64,000 nucleotides of DNA from Alphaproteobacteria bacterium (GTDB lineage: Bacteria > Pseudomonadota > Alphaproteobacteria > UBA7887). The notes under the pieces were generated by a model. The model saw only the letters and a list, made by a program, of their open reading frames with translations, had not been told where the DNA came from and searched no databases. Shown here one piece after another: positions 44,794 to 54,001 of the stretch (position 1 is its first letter; every line of letters begins with the position of its first letter). The translations under genes and the position numbers were made by a program. Location of the stretch: contig CBDCGL010000011.1 in NCBI GenBank assembly GCA_965216755.1, forward strand, positions 928,001 through 992,000, written 5' to 3'.

Positions 44794-46179
44794 TCATTTC
44801 TTCAATAAATTTCGAACTTGAGTGGCGCAAGGTATGCGTCCGCGCTGGACATAGGCCGCGTGGTTATTGCCGAATTCCGCAAGCTTGTAGAGATAATTGA
44901 CCATGAGACCCGCCGAAGCCCGCAAGCCACGCGGCGACACGTCTGCCAACCAATTCAGCCGTTCCAAACGTGCCCCGTTCGAAAGATGGAAATGCGCCAC
45001 CGGGTCCCTCGCCCGACCGTTCTTCTTTTCCCGCAACAAATAGTGTGCACCGAGACGCAAGAGCAAGCCACGAACATCTGGAGTGGGCGCAACGAGTGCA
45101 TCCGACTCCGTGGTCAGCAATGCGCGTACTTGTTCAGCCTCGTCCTCTGAGACCGGTATATTTTCGGCACGCAACTCCAACGACCGCCGCAGCCAAGTGA
45201 GAAAACCCGGTAGCGGTGATAAGGTCGCAAAAATTCGCAAATTCGGAAGCTCACGTTGAATCTCAGCAACAACGTTTTTTATCAATACATTTCCGAAACT
45301 TATTCCAGATAAACCCTTTTGTGCATTAGAAATAGAATAGAAAATCGCCGTGGTCGCCCTGCGCGGATCAAGCACGGGCGCCGTTTCATCCAGCAAACTT
45401 TGAATATTCTCTGACAACTCGTTCACGAGCGCGATTTCCACGAAGATCAGCGGTTCCTCAGGCATACAAGGATGAAAAAACGCAAAGCACCGTCGGTCGA
45501 GATCCAGACGGTTCTTCAAGTCACTCCACGAGCGGATTTCGTGCACCGCCTCATATATGGACAGCTTTTCCAAAAGGGCCGCCGGCGAAGACCAAGTGAT
45601 ACGGCGCAATTCAAGCAACCCGACGTCAAACCAAGACGCCAGCAACGACTTAAGGTCGTCCTCCAGCGGAGACAGCTCCGGCTCGTCCGGCAACCATCCA
45701 ATCAACTCCGCCCGTAGGTCTACCAAAAATTTGACACCTTGCGGCAATGAATTGAATTGTCGTAACAAAATGATCCGACGCGCCGTTAACGCTTCGCGCA
45801 ATGCGCGTTCGGCTTGCCGGCGCGAATCAGGGCCTTGCGCATGCTGTCGCGCGACAATCGCATCATCGATATCGGATTCCGAGACATCAAAATCGCGGGC
45901 CAGAATCAAGAGAAATCGACGGCGCCCAACTTCGTTGAGCCCAAGATACGCGCTTCCGAGTTCGGCAGCACGGGTGCGGGCACTCACTTCGTCGCCGCCC
46001 GAATCGATACACGCCCGCATTTCCGCGCGCATGCGCCCCACTTCCGGATCCGGCAGGGTCGGCGTCCAGCCCGCCGCGCCGGGCCGCCTGGACGCCCCGA
46101 GAAAATCTCGCCAAACATCGCCAAACCGGGCCAACGTGCGATCAAGGAAAGTCGCATTGGCACCTGAGGTCTCTGACAT
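44794..46179 (-). CDS. matA: Malonyl-CoA decarboxylase
   Basis: YEAVHEI, EPLIFVE, FYSISN.Q.GL.GISFGN, TLSP.PGF, DPVAHFHL.NGA, GLMVNY. Confidence 0.93.
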   Translation of the reverse strand: MSETSGANATFLDRTLARFGDVWRDFLGASRRPGAAGWTPTLPDPEVGRMRAEMRACIDSGGDEVSARTRAAELGSAYLGLNEVGRRRFLLILARDFDVSESDIDDAIVARQHAQGPDSRRQAERALREALTARRIILLRQFNSLPQGVKFLVDLRAELIGWLPDEPELSPLEDDLKSLLASWFDVGLLELRRITWSSPAALLEKLSIYEAVHEIRSWSDLKNRLDLDRRCFAFFHPCMPEEPLIFVEIALVNELSENIQSLLDETAPVLDPRRATTAIFYSISNAQKGLSGISFGNVLIKNVVAEIQRELPNLRIFATLSPLPGFLTWLRRSLELRAENIPVSEDEAEQVRALLTTESDALVAPTPDVRGLLLRLGAHYLLREKKNGRARDPVAHFHLSNGARLERLNWLADVSPRGLRASAGLMVNYLYKLAEFGNNHAAYVQRGRIPCATQVRNLLKK

Positions 46180-46197
46180 TATCCGCGACCCCTTGCG

Positions 46198-47718
46198 CTA
46201 ACCTTTACATGCGCTGGCGAACGCCGCGCCAATCGCATTGAGCAACCCTTCCGACGTCACGCCAACACCGGATAAGCGCCCAGCCTCACCATGAATCCAC
46301 ACGCTCATGCAGGCCGCCTCGAACGCCGGCACTTGCCGCGTCACCATGGCCAAGACAATTCCGGCGAGCACATCGCCGGAACCGGCGGTTGCCAGATTCG
46401 GCGGCGCATTCGTGTTGATGACCGACCGACCATCCGGCGCAGCGACGATGGTATCAGATCCCTTTAGAACTACAATACAACTGCTTATCTCTGCCGCCTT
46501 TCTACATAAATCAAGTTTTGATATCGAATCATTTGTTATTTCAGGAAAAATCCTAGCGAATTCGCCCGCATGTGGCGTCAACACCCAAGAAGCCCCTGGA
46601 CAACGCGCCCGCGCCTGCCACAGGACCTGCGGATCATCTTGAAAAATCGTCAGGGCGTCTGCGTCTAATACTAAGGATTTGCCGGTTTCAGCGGCGGCCA
46701 ATACGCGACTTTTTGTGGCGCGTTTGACACCGGTTCCAGGACCGATTAGAAACGAACTTATTTTTTTATTTTCAGTAATTTTCGTGAATTTTTTGTCTTC
46801 TTTATTCAAGTCGTCGTCAACCGGCCGCAGCATCTCGGACGTCATTTGGCTGGCATAGACATCGCGCGCCGATTCGGGGACTGCAATTGTGACCAGTCCG
46901 GCACCCGCGCGCAGAGCCGCTGCAGCGGCAAGACGCGCCGCCCCTGTGCTCGATGCGCCACCACCGACCACCACGGCGTGACCGTGCTCGTACTTGTGCA
47001 TTTCTGCCAATTGCTGTGGCATTTCAGCGCGCCAAATGTCGGGATTGTTGCACCATTGCGGGCCGGCAACAGTCCTGACAATAGCATCGTCGATACCGAT
47101 ATCGGCGATGTGCAGGACGCCGCAGTGGCCGCGACCGGGCAGCAGGTAATGGCCGGGCTTCGGCCGACAAAATGTCACGGTAAGCGCCGCCCGAGTCGCT
47201 TGCCCCATGATCTGACCGCTATCGCCGTGAACACCCGATGGCATATCGATGGCCACAGCCGGCAGTTCGCGGTCGTGGACAGCACGCAGCGTATCCGCAG
47301 CCACGCCTTCGATCGGCCGGGACAAGCCGGCCCCGAATAAGGCATCGACAACCAGAGATTGACCGGCCATGACGGTGGGCCCCAAGGGCACTACGGGTCC
47401 GTGCCATCGGTCCGCCATGGTGGCAGCGTCGCCACGCATTTCCTCTCGCGCGCCCAGCAGTGCGACGGTCACTGGCCATCGTGCCGCCGCCAGGCGCCGG
47501 GCAACCCCGAACCCGTCGCCACCGTTGTTTCCGGGCCCGCAAATGACCACGGTCGGCCGAGGCGTCCAGCGTCGCCGAATCGCCCGCGCAACGGCAGCGG
47601 CCGCCTGATCCATCAGGTATATCCCAGGCATACTTTCTTGCATACTTTGGATGTCGGCCCAATACATTTGCTTTATCGACAAGACCACATGCGCAAGCGC
47701 TCTATCTGCTTGCGACAT
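46198..47718 (-). CDS. nnr: Bifunctional NAD(P)H-hydrate epimerase/dehydratase
   Basis: CGPGNNGGDG, VDALFGAG, HKY..G, LDADAL, TPHAGE, LATAGSGDVL; start uncertain (47718-47760). Confidence 0.93.
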   Translation of the reverse strand: MSQADRALAHVVLSIKQMYWADIQSMQESMPGIYLMDQAAAAVARAIRRRWTPRPTVVICGPGNNGGDGFGVARRLAAARWPVTVALLGAREEMRGDAATMADRWHGPVVPLGPTVMAGQSLVVDALFGAGLSRPIEGVAADTLRAVHDRELPAVAIDMPSGVHGDSGQIMGQATRAALTVTFCRPKPGHYLLPGRGHCGVLHIADIGIDDAIVRTVAGPQWCNNPDIWRAEMPQQLAEMHKYEHGHAVVVGGGASSTGAARLAAAAALRAGAGLVTIAVPESARDVYASQMTSEMLRPVDDDLNKEDKKFTKITENKKISSFLIGPGTGVKRATKSRVLAAAETGKSLVLDADALTIFQDDPQVLWQARARCPGASWVLTPHAGEFARIFPEITNDSISKLDLCRKAAEISSCIVVLKGSDTIVAAPDGRSVINTNAPPNLATAGSGDVLAGIVLAMVTRQVPAFEAACMSVWIHGEAGRLSGVGVTSEGLLNAIGAAFASACKG

Positions 47719-47810
47719 CGACCGAGTGTCCTGCATGTTCATTTTACTGAATGTTACCAAACACTTAGTTCACGATCTACCGCAACGGGCGAAAAAGAAC
47801 TACCGACAAG

Positions 47811-47846
47811 GAAATGATCAACTACTTTTGATGTTGAGTCATTTCT
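47811..47846. promoter_or_regulatory. Imperfect palindrome in the divergent nnr/PodJ-like intergenic region
   Basis: GAAATGA-TCAAC...GTTGA-G-TCATTTC. Confidence 0.35.
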
Positions 47847-47925
47847 GCTTGGCAATAAGCTCGAAATGAGGTAGTACTGTGCACTCGATTCAGCCTCCTC
47901 ATACCCCGTCCCAGTGGAACCAGTT

Positions 47926-48351
47926 ATGACTGCCGATGACGCAAAGAGCAATGCCGCGCGGATGCCGTGGTCCGTGAAAGGAATTGAGCCCGAGATCCGA
48001 CAATTGGCCAAGATCGCGGCCCGTCGGCGCGGCATGACGATCGGTGGTTGGTTAACTGAGATTATCCGTGCCGCCGCCGTCGACTCGCCCGACGCCACGG
48101 GAAGCGCCGGCACGACCGTTGATGCCGAATCTGTCGAAGCGGTACAAACCGCCATGTCTGAACTGATGTCCCGGGTTGAGACGTTAGAGACGCGCATGGA
48201 CCAAACTCTGACACCGCTGGCGCGCGCCGTGGTGAAGATCGCCGAACGTCTGGACCAGCTTGAATACGGTACCGGCGAATTGGATACGCCTGACCGCGAA
48301 CAGCGTTTCGGATGGCTCTATCGAACTTTTGGCCAGGACGAGCGACCTTAG
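47926..48351 (+). CDS. Small protein with PodJ-N-terminal-like (RHH-like) motif and coiled coil
   Basis: PWSVKGIEPEIRQLAKIAARRRGMTIGGWL..II then heptad-like MSELMSRVETLETRMD...IAERLDQLE. Confidence 0.75.
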   Translation: MTADDAKSNAARMPWSVKGIEPEIRQLAKIAARRRGMTIGGWLTEIIRAAAVDSPDATGSAGTTVDAESVEAVQTAMSELMSRVETLETRMDQTLTPLARAVVKIAERLDQLEYGTGELDTPDREQRFGWLYRTFGQDERP

Positions 48352-48496
48352 CGAAGCAACCGCTGGCACGCGTGCTGGATTCCAACTCGTTTCCCAAACG
48401 ACACGACCCCGTTGCACGTATGTGACGGCACGCATGTTGTTGCGGGTCTGCAACAGGCGTGTTTGCGGCCATTCGACCCATCCACTTTGACAGATC

Positions 48497-48514
48497 ATGT
48501 AATAAAAATGACAC
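48497..48514 (+). promoter_or_regulatory. Pho box candidate
   Basis: ATGTAAT-AAAA-ATGACAC vs CTGTCAT-AAAA-CTGTCAC, with extra TTGACAG half-site just upstream; precedes OprO/P porin. Confidence 0.55.
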
Positions 48515-48722
48515 CGTGTGTGCGCCATTAAGGGCACGCGGTTCCTATCCACGGTCCGCTCAAATTCGATGCGCGTGCGTGCATCGGATTGGTGCCGGAC
48601 GCGCACTTGACGCGCGCTCCCGGCAAGCGATGGACAGTCGGTTGCAGAGGTCGGAGTAACGATCACCACCCACGCGCCACACTGTCCTGACGTTCAATCT
48701 GGAAAATCAAGTGTGGGTCATA

Positions 48723-50135
48723 ATGTCTTGTTTTAAAACACAACTATCCCTTGGAACGGCACTCTGTCTGGTCCTTGGTGCCGGTCAGGCTTGGGCGCAG
48801 GATGCCGCGCTCGAGTCGCGAATCCAAGATCTCGAAAAGGAACTCATTTTGTTGAAGCGGCAACTTGAAAGCCAGGTTCAACAAGCACAGGAAGAGGCTG
48901 CGGCAGCGCGCGCGCAAGCCGAGGAAGTCGCAGGGCCAAGGCTTAAGATGAAGGGACCACGGCCGACGCTTGAATCGGCAGACGGGCGTTATTCCATTGG
49001 CCTCCGCGGCCGGATTCATTTCGATGCCGTCGCGTTCGATGTCGACGGGGGGAGCCCGATAGGCGATCTCAACAGTGGCACCAACTTCCGCCGCGCCCGC
49101 CTGGGGGTTGGCGGCAAGATCGACGGTGATTTTCGCTATCGCATCGCTTACGACGCCGGCGGCAGCAGCATCAGCGGAACGTCGGCGGGCATTGACGTCG
49201 CGTATCTTCAATATCGCGGCTTCAAGCCACTTAAACTAACGATTGGTAAGCACAAGGTACCGAGCAACTTCGAAGAGCAAACCAGCTCCAACAATATCAA
49301 CTTTATGGAGCGCTCGCTGGCCACGAACTTGGCCACCGGCCCCGCCGCGGGCAAACGCCCGGCGGTTTCAGCCATTGCGAACACCGATTTCCTCTATGTC
49401 GGTGGCGCGATATCGTTCGATGATGAAGGTACCGCGACCTTGGACGAAGGGCCGGCGCTCAACGGTCGTATCGCCGTGTTTCCCATCAACAATGACGAGA
49501 TGACCGTTCACCTCGGCGTGAACGGCTGGTACACGCCCGACCCTGCCGGCCGGATCAGATTTCGGGATCGGCCGGAAATTCGTGTCGATGGGACGCGTTT
49601 CATCGATGCCTCAAGCACCAGCGGCACAGATGGCGCCGGCAACGTCTTGCGACCTGAGGACGCGTTCAATGTCGGCCTCGAAGCCGCCGGCGCGTTCGGC
49701 CCGTTTTGGGCCCAGGCCGAATACAACATGTTCGGTTTCCGGCCGACATCAAACGGCGTGACCCAACCGGCTGACGTTTCGTTCGACGCCTACTATGTCC
49801 AAGCCGGTTTCATCGTCACCGGCGAACGCAAGCGCTACAGCAAATCAAACGCGGCCTGGGGCGGTGTGAAACCAAAGGACAACTTCAACATGGACGCCGG
49901 TCATTTCGGTGCCCTTGAAGTCGCGGCGCGTTACAGCAAAGCCGATTTGGATGATGGCACGGTTCTTGGCGGTGAAGAGACCAATTTCACGATCGGCGTG
50001 AACTGGTACCTCAACCCCAACATTCGGATTCTCTTCAACTGGGTCATGGCCGACGTTGATCGTCGCGATTCAACGGGCGTTCAACTTGGCGACGATTTCA
50101 ACGCATTTGGCGTCCGTTTCCAGGTCAATTGGTAA
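48723..50135 (+). CDS. OprO/OprP-family (phosphate-selective) porin
   Basis: Signal AWA-Q, coiled-coil N-terminus, GRIHFD, FRRARLG, ETSS.N..FMER-like, FRDRPE, LTGE-like, GVNWYLN, terminal W. Confidence 0.88.
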   Translation: MSCFKTQLSLGTALCLVLGAGQAWAQDAALESRIQDLEKELILLKRQLESQVQQAQEEAAAARAQAEEVAGPRLKMKGPRPTLESADGRYSIGLRGRIHFDAVAFDVDGGSPIGDLNSGTNFRRARLGVGGKIDGDFRYRIAYDAGGSSISGTSAGIDVAYLQYRGFKPLKLTIGKHKVPSNFEEQTSSNNINFMERSLATNLATGPAAGKRPAVSAIANTDFLYVGGAISFDDEGTATLDEGPALNGRIAVFPINNDEMTVHLGVNGWYTPDPAGRIRFRDRPEIRVDGTRFIDASSTSGTDGAGNVLRPEDAFNVGLEAAGAFGPFWAQAEYNMFGFRPTSNGVTQPADVSFDAYYVQAGFIVTGERKRYSKSNAAWGGVKPKDNFNMDAGHFGALEVAARYSKADLDDGTVLGGEETNFTIGVNWYLNPNIRILFNWVMADVDRRDSTGVQLGDDFNAFGVRFQVNW

Positions 50136-50472
50136 CAGGATCCGATCGTTTTTCGAAACCAGCGAGGTTTCGGACCAGACGGCCTCCCAGCCCGGCCCCG
50201 CCCATTCCGCGGGGCCAATTTCTTGGCCTGCGTGGACAATAGACATAGGAAGCCGTGTCTCCACACACTTTCGTGCTAAGAACCTAATGCTGCCAATTTT
50301 CTAGCTGACATTGCATTTGTCGCGCAATAACTATCATTCTAATCTAACTTCTGTTTCTTCGTCCTGGATCGTGCTGAATAACGATCGAACGCCATCTGCG
50401 GAACGCTTGATCGTGCGCAATTGCTTTTGCGCGCGATTAGAGTTGCGTTGTTGGCGCGCTGTGTCGGAGTCT

Positions 50473-50487
50473 TGGCACAGAAATTGC
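50473..50487 (+). promoter_or_regulatory. Sigma54 (-24/-12) promoter
   Basis: Exact consensus TGGCAC-AGAAA-TTGC. Confidence 0.75.
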
Positions 50488-50498
50488 GGTGACTCACT

Positions 50499-50639
50499 TG
50501 GGCCAACGCAGGCGAACCGCAAACATGACGTCGGCCCACGCATTTGCTGTGGAGAAAAAAGAGCTCCCGAATTGGTGCAATGACCTTCTGGCAAGCCATA
50601 ATTCGCCCTGCAGCACCACCCGCTGCAGGGCATTTTTTT
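50499..50639 (+). ncRNA. Candidate sigma54-dependent sRNA (~140 nt)
   Basis: Predicted +1 coincides with 5' stem TGGGCC/GGCCCA; ends in strong terminator. Confidence 0.55.
50605..50639 (+). terminator. Intrinsic terminator
   Basis: GCCCTGCAGC-accaccc-GCTGCAGGGC-A-TTTTTTT. Confidence 0.85.
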
Positions 50640-50743
50640 AACCAGCCACAATCTATGGCACAGACCCAAACAAAACATAACGCGCAAAAAACTGGTGGTT
50701 GTTTTCAGCCAATTGGATATGGTTGCGCATCTGAAATGAAATC

Positions 50744-52288
50744 ATGGTGGGTCCGGTTTTGTCGTCAAACCGAGCGATTGGAGCTCATGAGGCCTTCGAC
50801 GCCGCTCCATTGCCGGAAATTCCGCCGGTGAATGCGCGCTCGTCGCTCAGACGGCTTCAATGGATCTACGGGCTTGCCTTTGCGGCCCTGGTCCTGGTCG
50901 CCGGCATCGCCGGCGCGTTGGGCCTGGTGACGATGTCACGAACGGCGCAAGAGGCCCAGCGAATCGGCAAGCTGTTGGAGATCGTCGAGACGACGCGCGG
51001 CGACCTCAACCGCCAGATCAAAGAAGTTTCCGACTACCACTTCCTTCCCGACCCAGATGCCAAACAACAGTTTGAGGCCTATGGAGAAACCATCGAAGCG
51101 AACTTCGTTGCCCTCGCGGCGTTGGCATTGACCACCGACGAACGCGCCGCCGTTGATCGCCTAACCGAGGCCTATTTGGCGGCACGCTCACACACGCTAC
51201 GGCTGATGGACGCCGCGCCGGGATCGATTCCAGAAGCCGATCGCCTCAAAATGTTCGACACAGAGCTCGAATCGAGCCACATGGACGCGACTGAAGACGC
51301 GTTCAGCGCCGCTGAGGAATTGTTGGTCGTTGGCCGCCTCCAACTGGACGAACGCACCACGGCGATGGTCCGCATTGCGCTAATAGTCATCGTCGTGCCC
51401 GTGGCCCTCTCCGCGGCTCTCCTGCTAGTTGCGCGGTTGTATCTCCAAAGCGCCTTCGTTGCACCACTGCACGACGTTCTCGCAGCCATGGAAATGTATC
51501 GGGCGGGCAATCTCGAATTCCGTGTCCGTGAGCGCGGCGCGGCGGAAATGGTCGATCTTCAACATTCGATCAATCGCATGGCGGGTGACCTGGAACAAAG
51601 CCGCGAGGCGTTGGTGCGGACAGAGAAACAAGCTGCGCTCGGTGCCTTGGTCCCCGTGATCGCGCACAATATTCGCAACCCACTGGCTAGCATTCGCGCG
51701 ATCGCGCAGGTGTCTCAAGACGCATCATTGCCGACGGAAACGCGCGAAGCACTGACCAGCATCGTGGGCACCGTCGACCGGCTGAACCATTGGTTGACGG
51801 CCCTATTGTCTTACCTGAATCCGCTGGAGGTACGTCGCGCCCCGGCGAAACTCAGTGATTGCGTCGACCATGCCCTCGTTTTGATGGCACCAAAATTGGC
51901 GGAAAAAGACATAGCGGTGAAACAGCGCGACTGGCCATCAACGAAGCAAACCGAACTGGACGTCGAGTTGATGGAACAGGCCGTCTATGGCCTTTTGGCC
52001 AACGCCTTCGACGCATCTCCCGCTGAAGGGAGACTGACATTGCGCGCCGGCGCCGCGAACGGATCCAACTGGATCACCATAGAAGACCAGGGACCGGGTT
52101 TCCCATTCGCGCCTGACACCAATGGTGTGTTTCCTGGCCCAACCACAAAGACGCGCGGTAGTGGTCTCGGCATTCCCTTCGCCGCGAAAATCTGTGAGCT
52201 ACATGGCGGCGATCTGAAATTCGACAAAGCGCCGGGCGGCGGCGCCCGTGTCACCGTATCGGTTCCAACTCACACGGCGTCGGAATGA
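50744..52288 (+). CDS. Sensor histidine kinase (2 TM, periplasmic helical sensor, HAMP, HisKA, HATPase)
   Basis: IAHNIRNPLASI H-box, LLANA, IEDQGPG, GSGLG; start uncertain (50744 or GTG 50828). Confidence 0.92.
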   Translation: MVGPVLSSNRAIGAHEAFDAAPLPEIPPVNARSSLRRLQWIYGLAFAALVLVAGIAGALGLVTMSRTAQEAQRIGKLLEIVETTRGDLNRQIKEVSDYHFLPDPDAKQQFEAYGETIEANFVALAALALTTDERAAVDRLTEAYLAARSHTLRLMDAAPGSIPEADRLKMFDTELESSHMDATEDAFSAAEELLVVGRLQLDERTTAMVRIALIVIVVPVALSAALLLVARLYLQSAFVAPLHDVLAAMEMYRAGNLEFRVRERGAAEMVDLQHSINRMAGDLEQSREALVRTEKQAALGALVPVIAHNIRNPLASIRAIAQVSQDASLPTETREALTSIVGTVDRLNHWLTALLSYLNPLEVRRAPAKLSDCVDHALVLMAPKLAEKDIAVKQRDWPSTKQTELDVELMEQAVYGLLANAFDASPAEGRLTLRAGAANGSNWITIEDQGPGFPFAPDTNGVFPGPTTKTRGSGLGIPFAAKICELHGGDLKFDKAPGGGARVTVSVPTHTASE

Positions 52289-52315
52289 TGCCACGCGTGT
52301 CGCTGGGAAATCCGG

Positions 52316-53776
52316 ATGGAGAGTAATGAAAATTTGGCGGCCTACGCCGCAACCGGTCGCGTTCTTATTGTCGATGACGAGACCTTGTTGGCCAGGGCCA
52401 TCGCCCGTCAACTTAAACGCGCAGGTTTGGCCTGCGAGATCGCGGACACGCTCGACGCGGCGCGCCAAGCTCTGACACCAAAGCATCCGGGCGGTGAAAA
52501 CGGGCATGACATTGTGCTGCTCGATTTGCGCCTGCCCGACGGCAGCGGTATGGACTTGCTCTCCGAGCGCGCGCCGGCAAATGGCGGTGACGACGCACTT
52601 GGGCCGGCGTTCGTCGTCTTAACCGCGTTTGGCGACGTCGACAGCGCGGTCGAAGCTATGAAGCTCGGCGCAACAGATTATTTGCGCAAACCCATCGACT
52701 TGAACGAACTGGTTTTGGTCGTCGACAAAGTGCTGCGCTCGGCTGAGTTGCAATCACGGCTGGACTACTCGCGCCAGCGCGACGCGCGCGCCAGCGAGGG
52801 CCATGAACTGCTGGGCGAGAGTTCCACTCTGTCCGAGGCGCGCGAGCGCGTTATCGCCTTTGGTCGGCTGCACGGCGACGGCCAGGCGCCGCCGCCGACC
52901 GTGCTAATCACCGGCGAGACGGGCACTGGGAAAGATGTCGCGGCGCGGCTGATCCACGCCAACGGCCCGAACCCCGACAGCCCGTTTGTTCAGGTCGACT
53001 GCGCGTCCCTGCCCCGCGATTTGATGGAGGCAGAATTGTTTGGCCATGTACGCGGCGCATTTACCAGCGCCCACGGCCACCGTGTCGGCCTCATAGAAGC
53101 GGCTGAAAACGGAACCTTGTTCCTGGATGAAATTGGTGAACTGCCGAACGAACTGCAGGCAAAACTTTTGAATGTGGTCGAACGGCGCTTGGTACGTCGT
53201 ATCGGATCGAGCCGTGAAGTTAGCGTCCATGCGCGCTTCGTCGCGGCCACAAATCGCAACCTCGCGGCGATGGTAAACGACAACAACTTTCGATCGGATT
53301 TGTACTATCGGCTCAACGTGCTCGCGCTTGAAATGCCGCCGTTGCGGATTTGTGGCAGCGATTCAATCATTCTCGCCGAGTATTTCGCCCGCCAGACGGC
53401 GCGGCGTTATGGGCGCCGTTCCGGACGGTTTACCGAGCAGGCCAAAACCGCGCTCCAACGCTACACGTGGCCTGGCAACGTGCGCGAGCTCAAGCACGTC
53501 ATTGAACGCGCCGCGTTGCTCACCGACAGCGATATGATCGATGAATCTGGCTTGGCTCTCAACCACCCCGTCATGGTTCACCGTGACAGCGGCAAATCGG
53601 ACGGGCGTTTCGGTGGTCGCACGCTAAGAGATGCAGAAAGATCGATGATCGTGGACGCACTTCGGCACTGCGGCGGCAACGTCTCAAAGGCGGCACGCCG
53701 GCTGGGCATCACCCGTATGGCGATGCGCTATCGCATGGAAAAACACGGACTGCGCGGGGGCGGCGATGCTGGCTGA
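52316..53776 (+). CDS. Sigma54-dependent (NtrC-family) response regulator
   Basis: VLIVDDE, LLDLRLPD, GETGTGKD, GAFTSA, LFLDEIG, WPGNVREL, Fis HTH. Confidence 0.95.
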   Translation: MESNENLAAYAATGRVLIVDDETLLARAIARQLKRAGLACEIADTLDAARQALTPKHPGGENGHDIVLLDLRLPDGSGMDLLSERAPANGGDDALGPAFVVLTAFGDVDSAVEAMKLGATDYLRKPIDLNELVLVVDKVLRSAELQSRLDYSRQRDARASEGHELLGESSTLSEARERVIAFGRLHGDGQAPPPTVLITGETGTGKDVAARLIHANGPNPDSPFVQVDCASLPRDLMEAELFGHVRGAFTSAHGHRVGLIEAAENGTLFLDEIGELPNELQAKLLNVVERRLVRRIGSSREVSVHARFVAATNRNLAAMVNDNNFRSDLYYRLNVLALEMPPLRICGSDSIILAEYFARQTARRYGRRSGRFTEQAKTALQRYTWPGNVRELKHVIERAALLTDSDMIDESGLALNHPVMVHRDSGKSDGRFGGRTLRDAERSMIVDALRHCGGNVSKAARRLGITRMAMRYRMEKHGLRGGGDAG

Positions 53777-54001
53777 GATGGTTGATTTCAGCCAGCAATG
53801 GCTACAGTCATCCGAGTAATGGCTTGACTGCATCCAATATTCATGAATAAACGTTGGGAATAATGAAATAAAAACACTACAGATAGTCATACGATCAAAT
53901 GCATTATCATAAGATATCCTATTATATTTCTTGACATCGCAAGTGTTTCCCCGCTTTAAACGAAATCTGGTGGGAAAGCTTGGATAAGGGAAGTAGAAAT
54001 C

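Noticed and set aside
48364-48379. TGGCAC sigma54-like site upstream of the porin (similar ones near 21513, 27694, 50655, 61928)
   Set aside because: No GC at the -12 position
50525-50641. 38-aa ORF MTSAHAFAVEKK...CRAFF in the sigma54 transcript (possible RiPP/PqqA-like precursor)
   Set aside because: No SD, runs through the terminator, no PqqA ExxxY motif and no modifying enzymes nearby
53902-53929. dif-like site (CATAA-GATATC-CTATTATATTT)
   Set aside because: XerD arm matches only about 6/11; better explained as AT-rich promoter DNA
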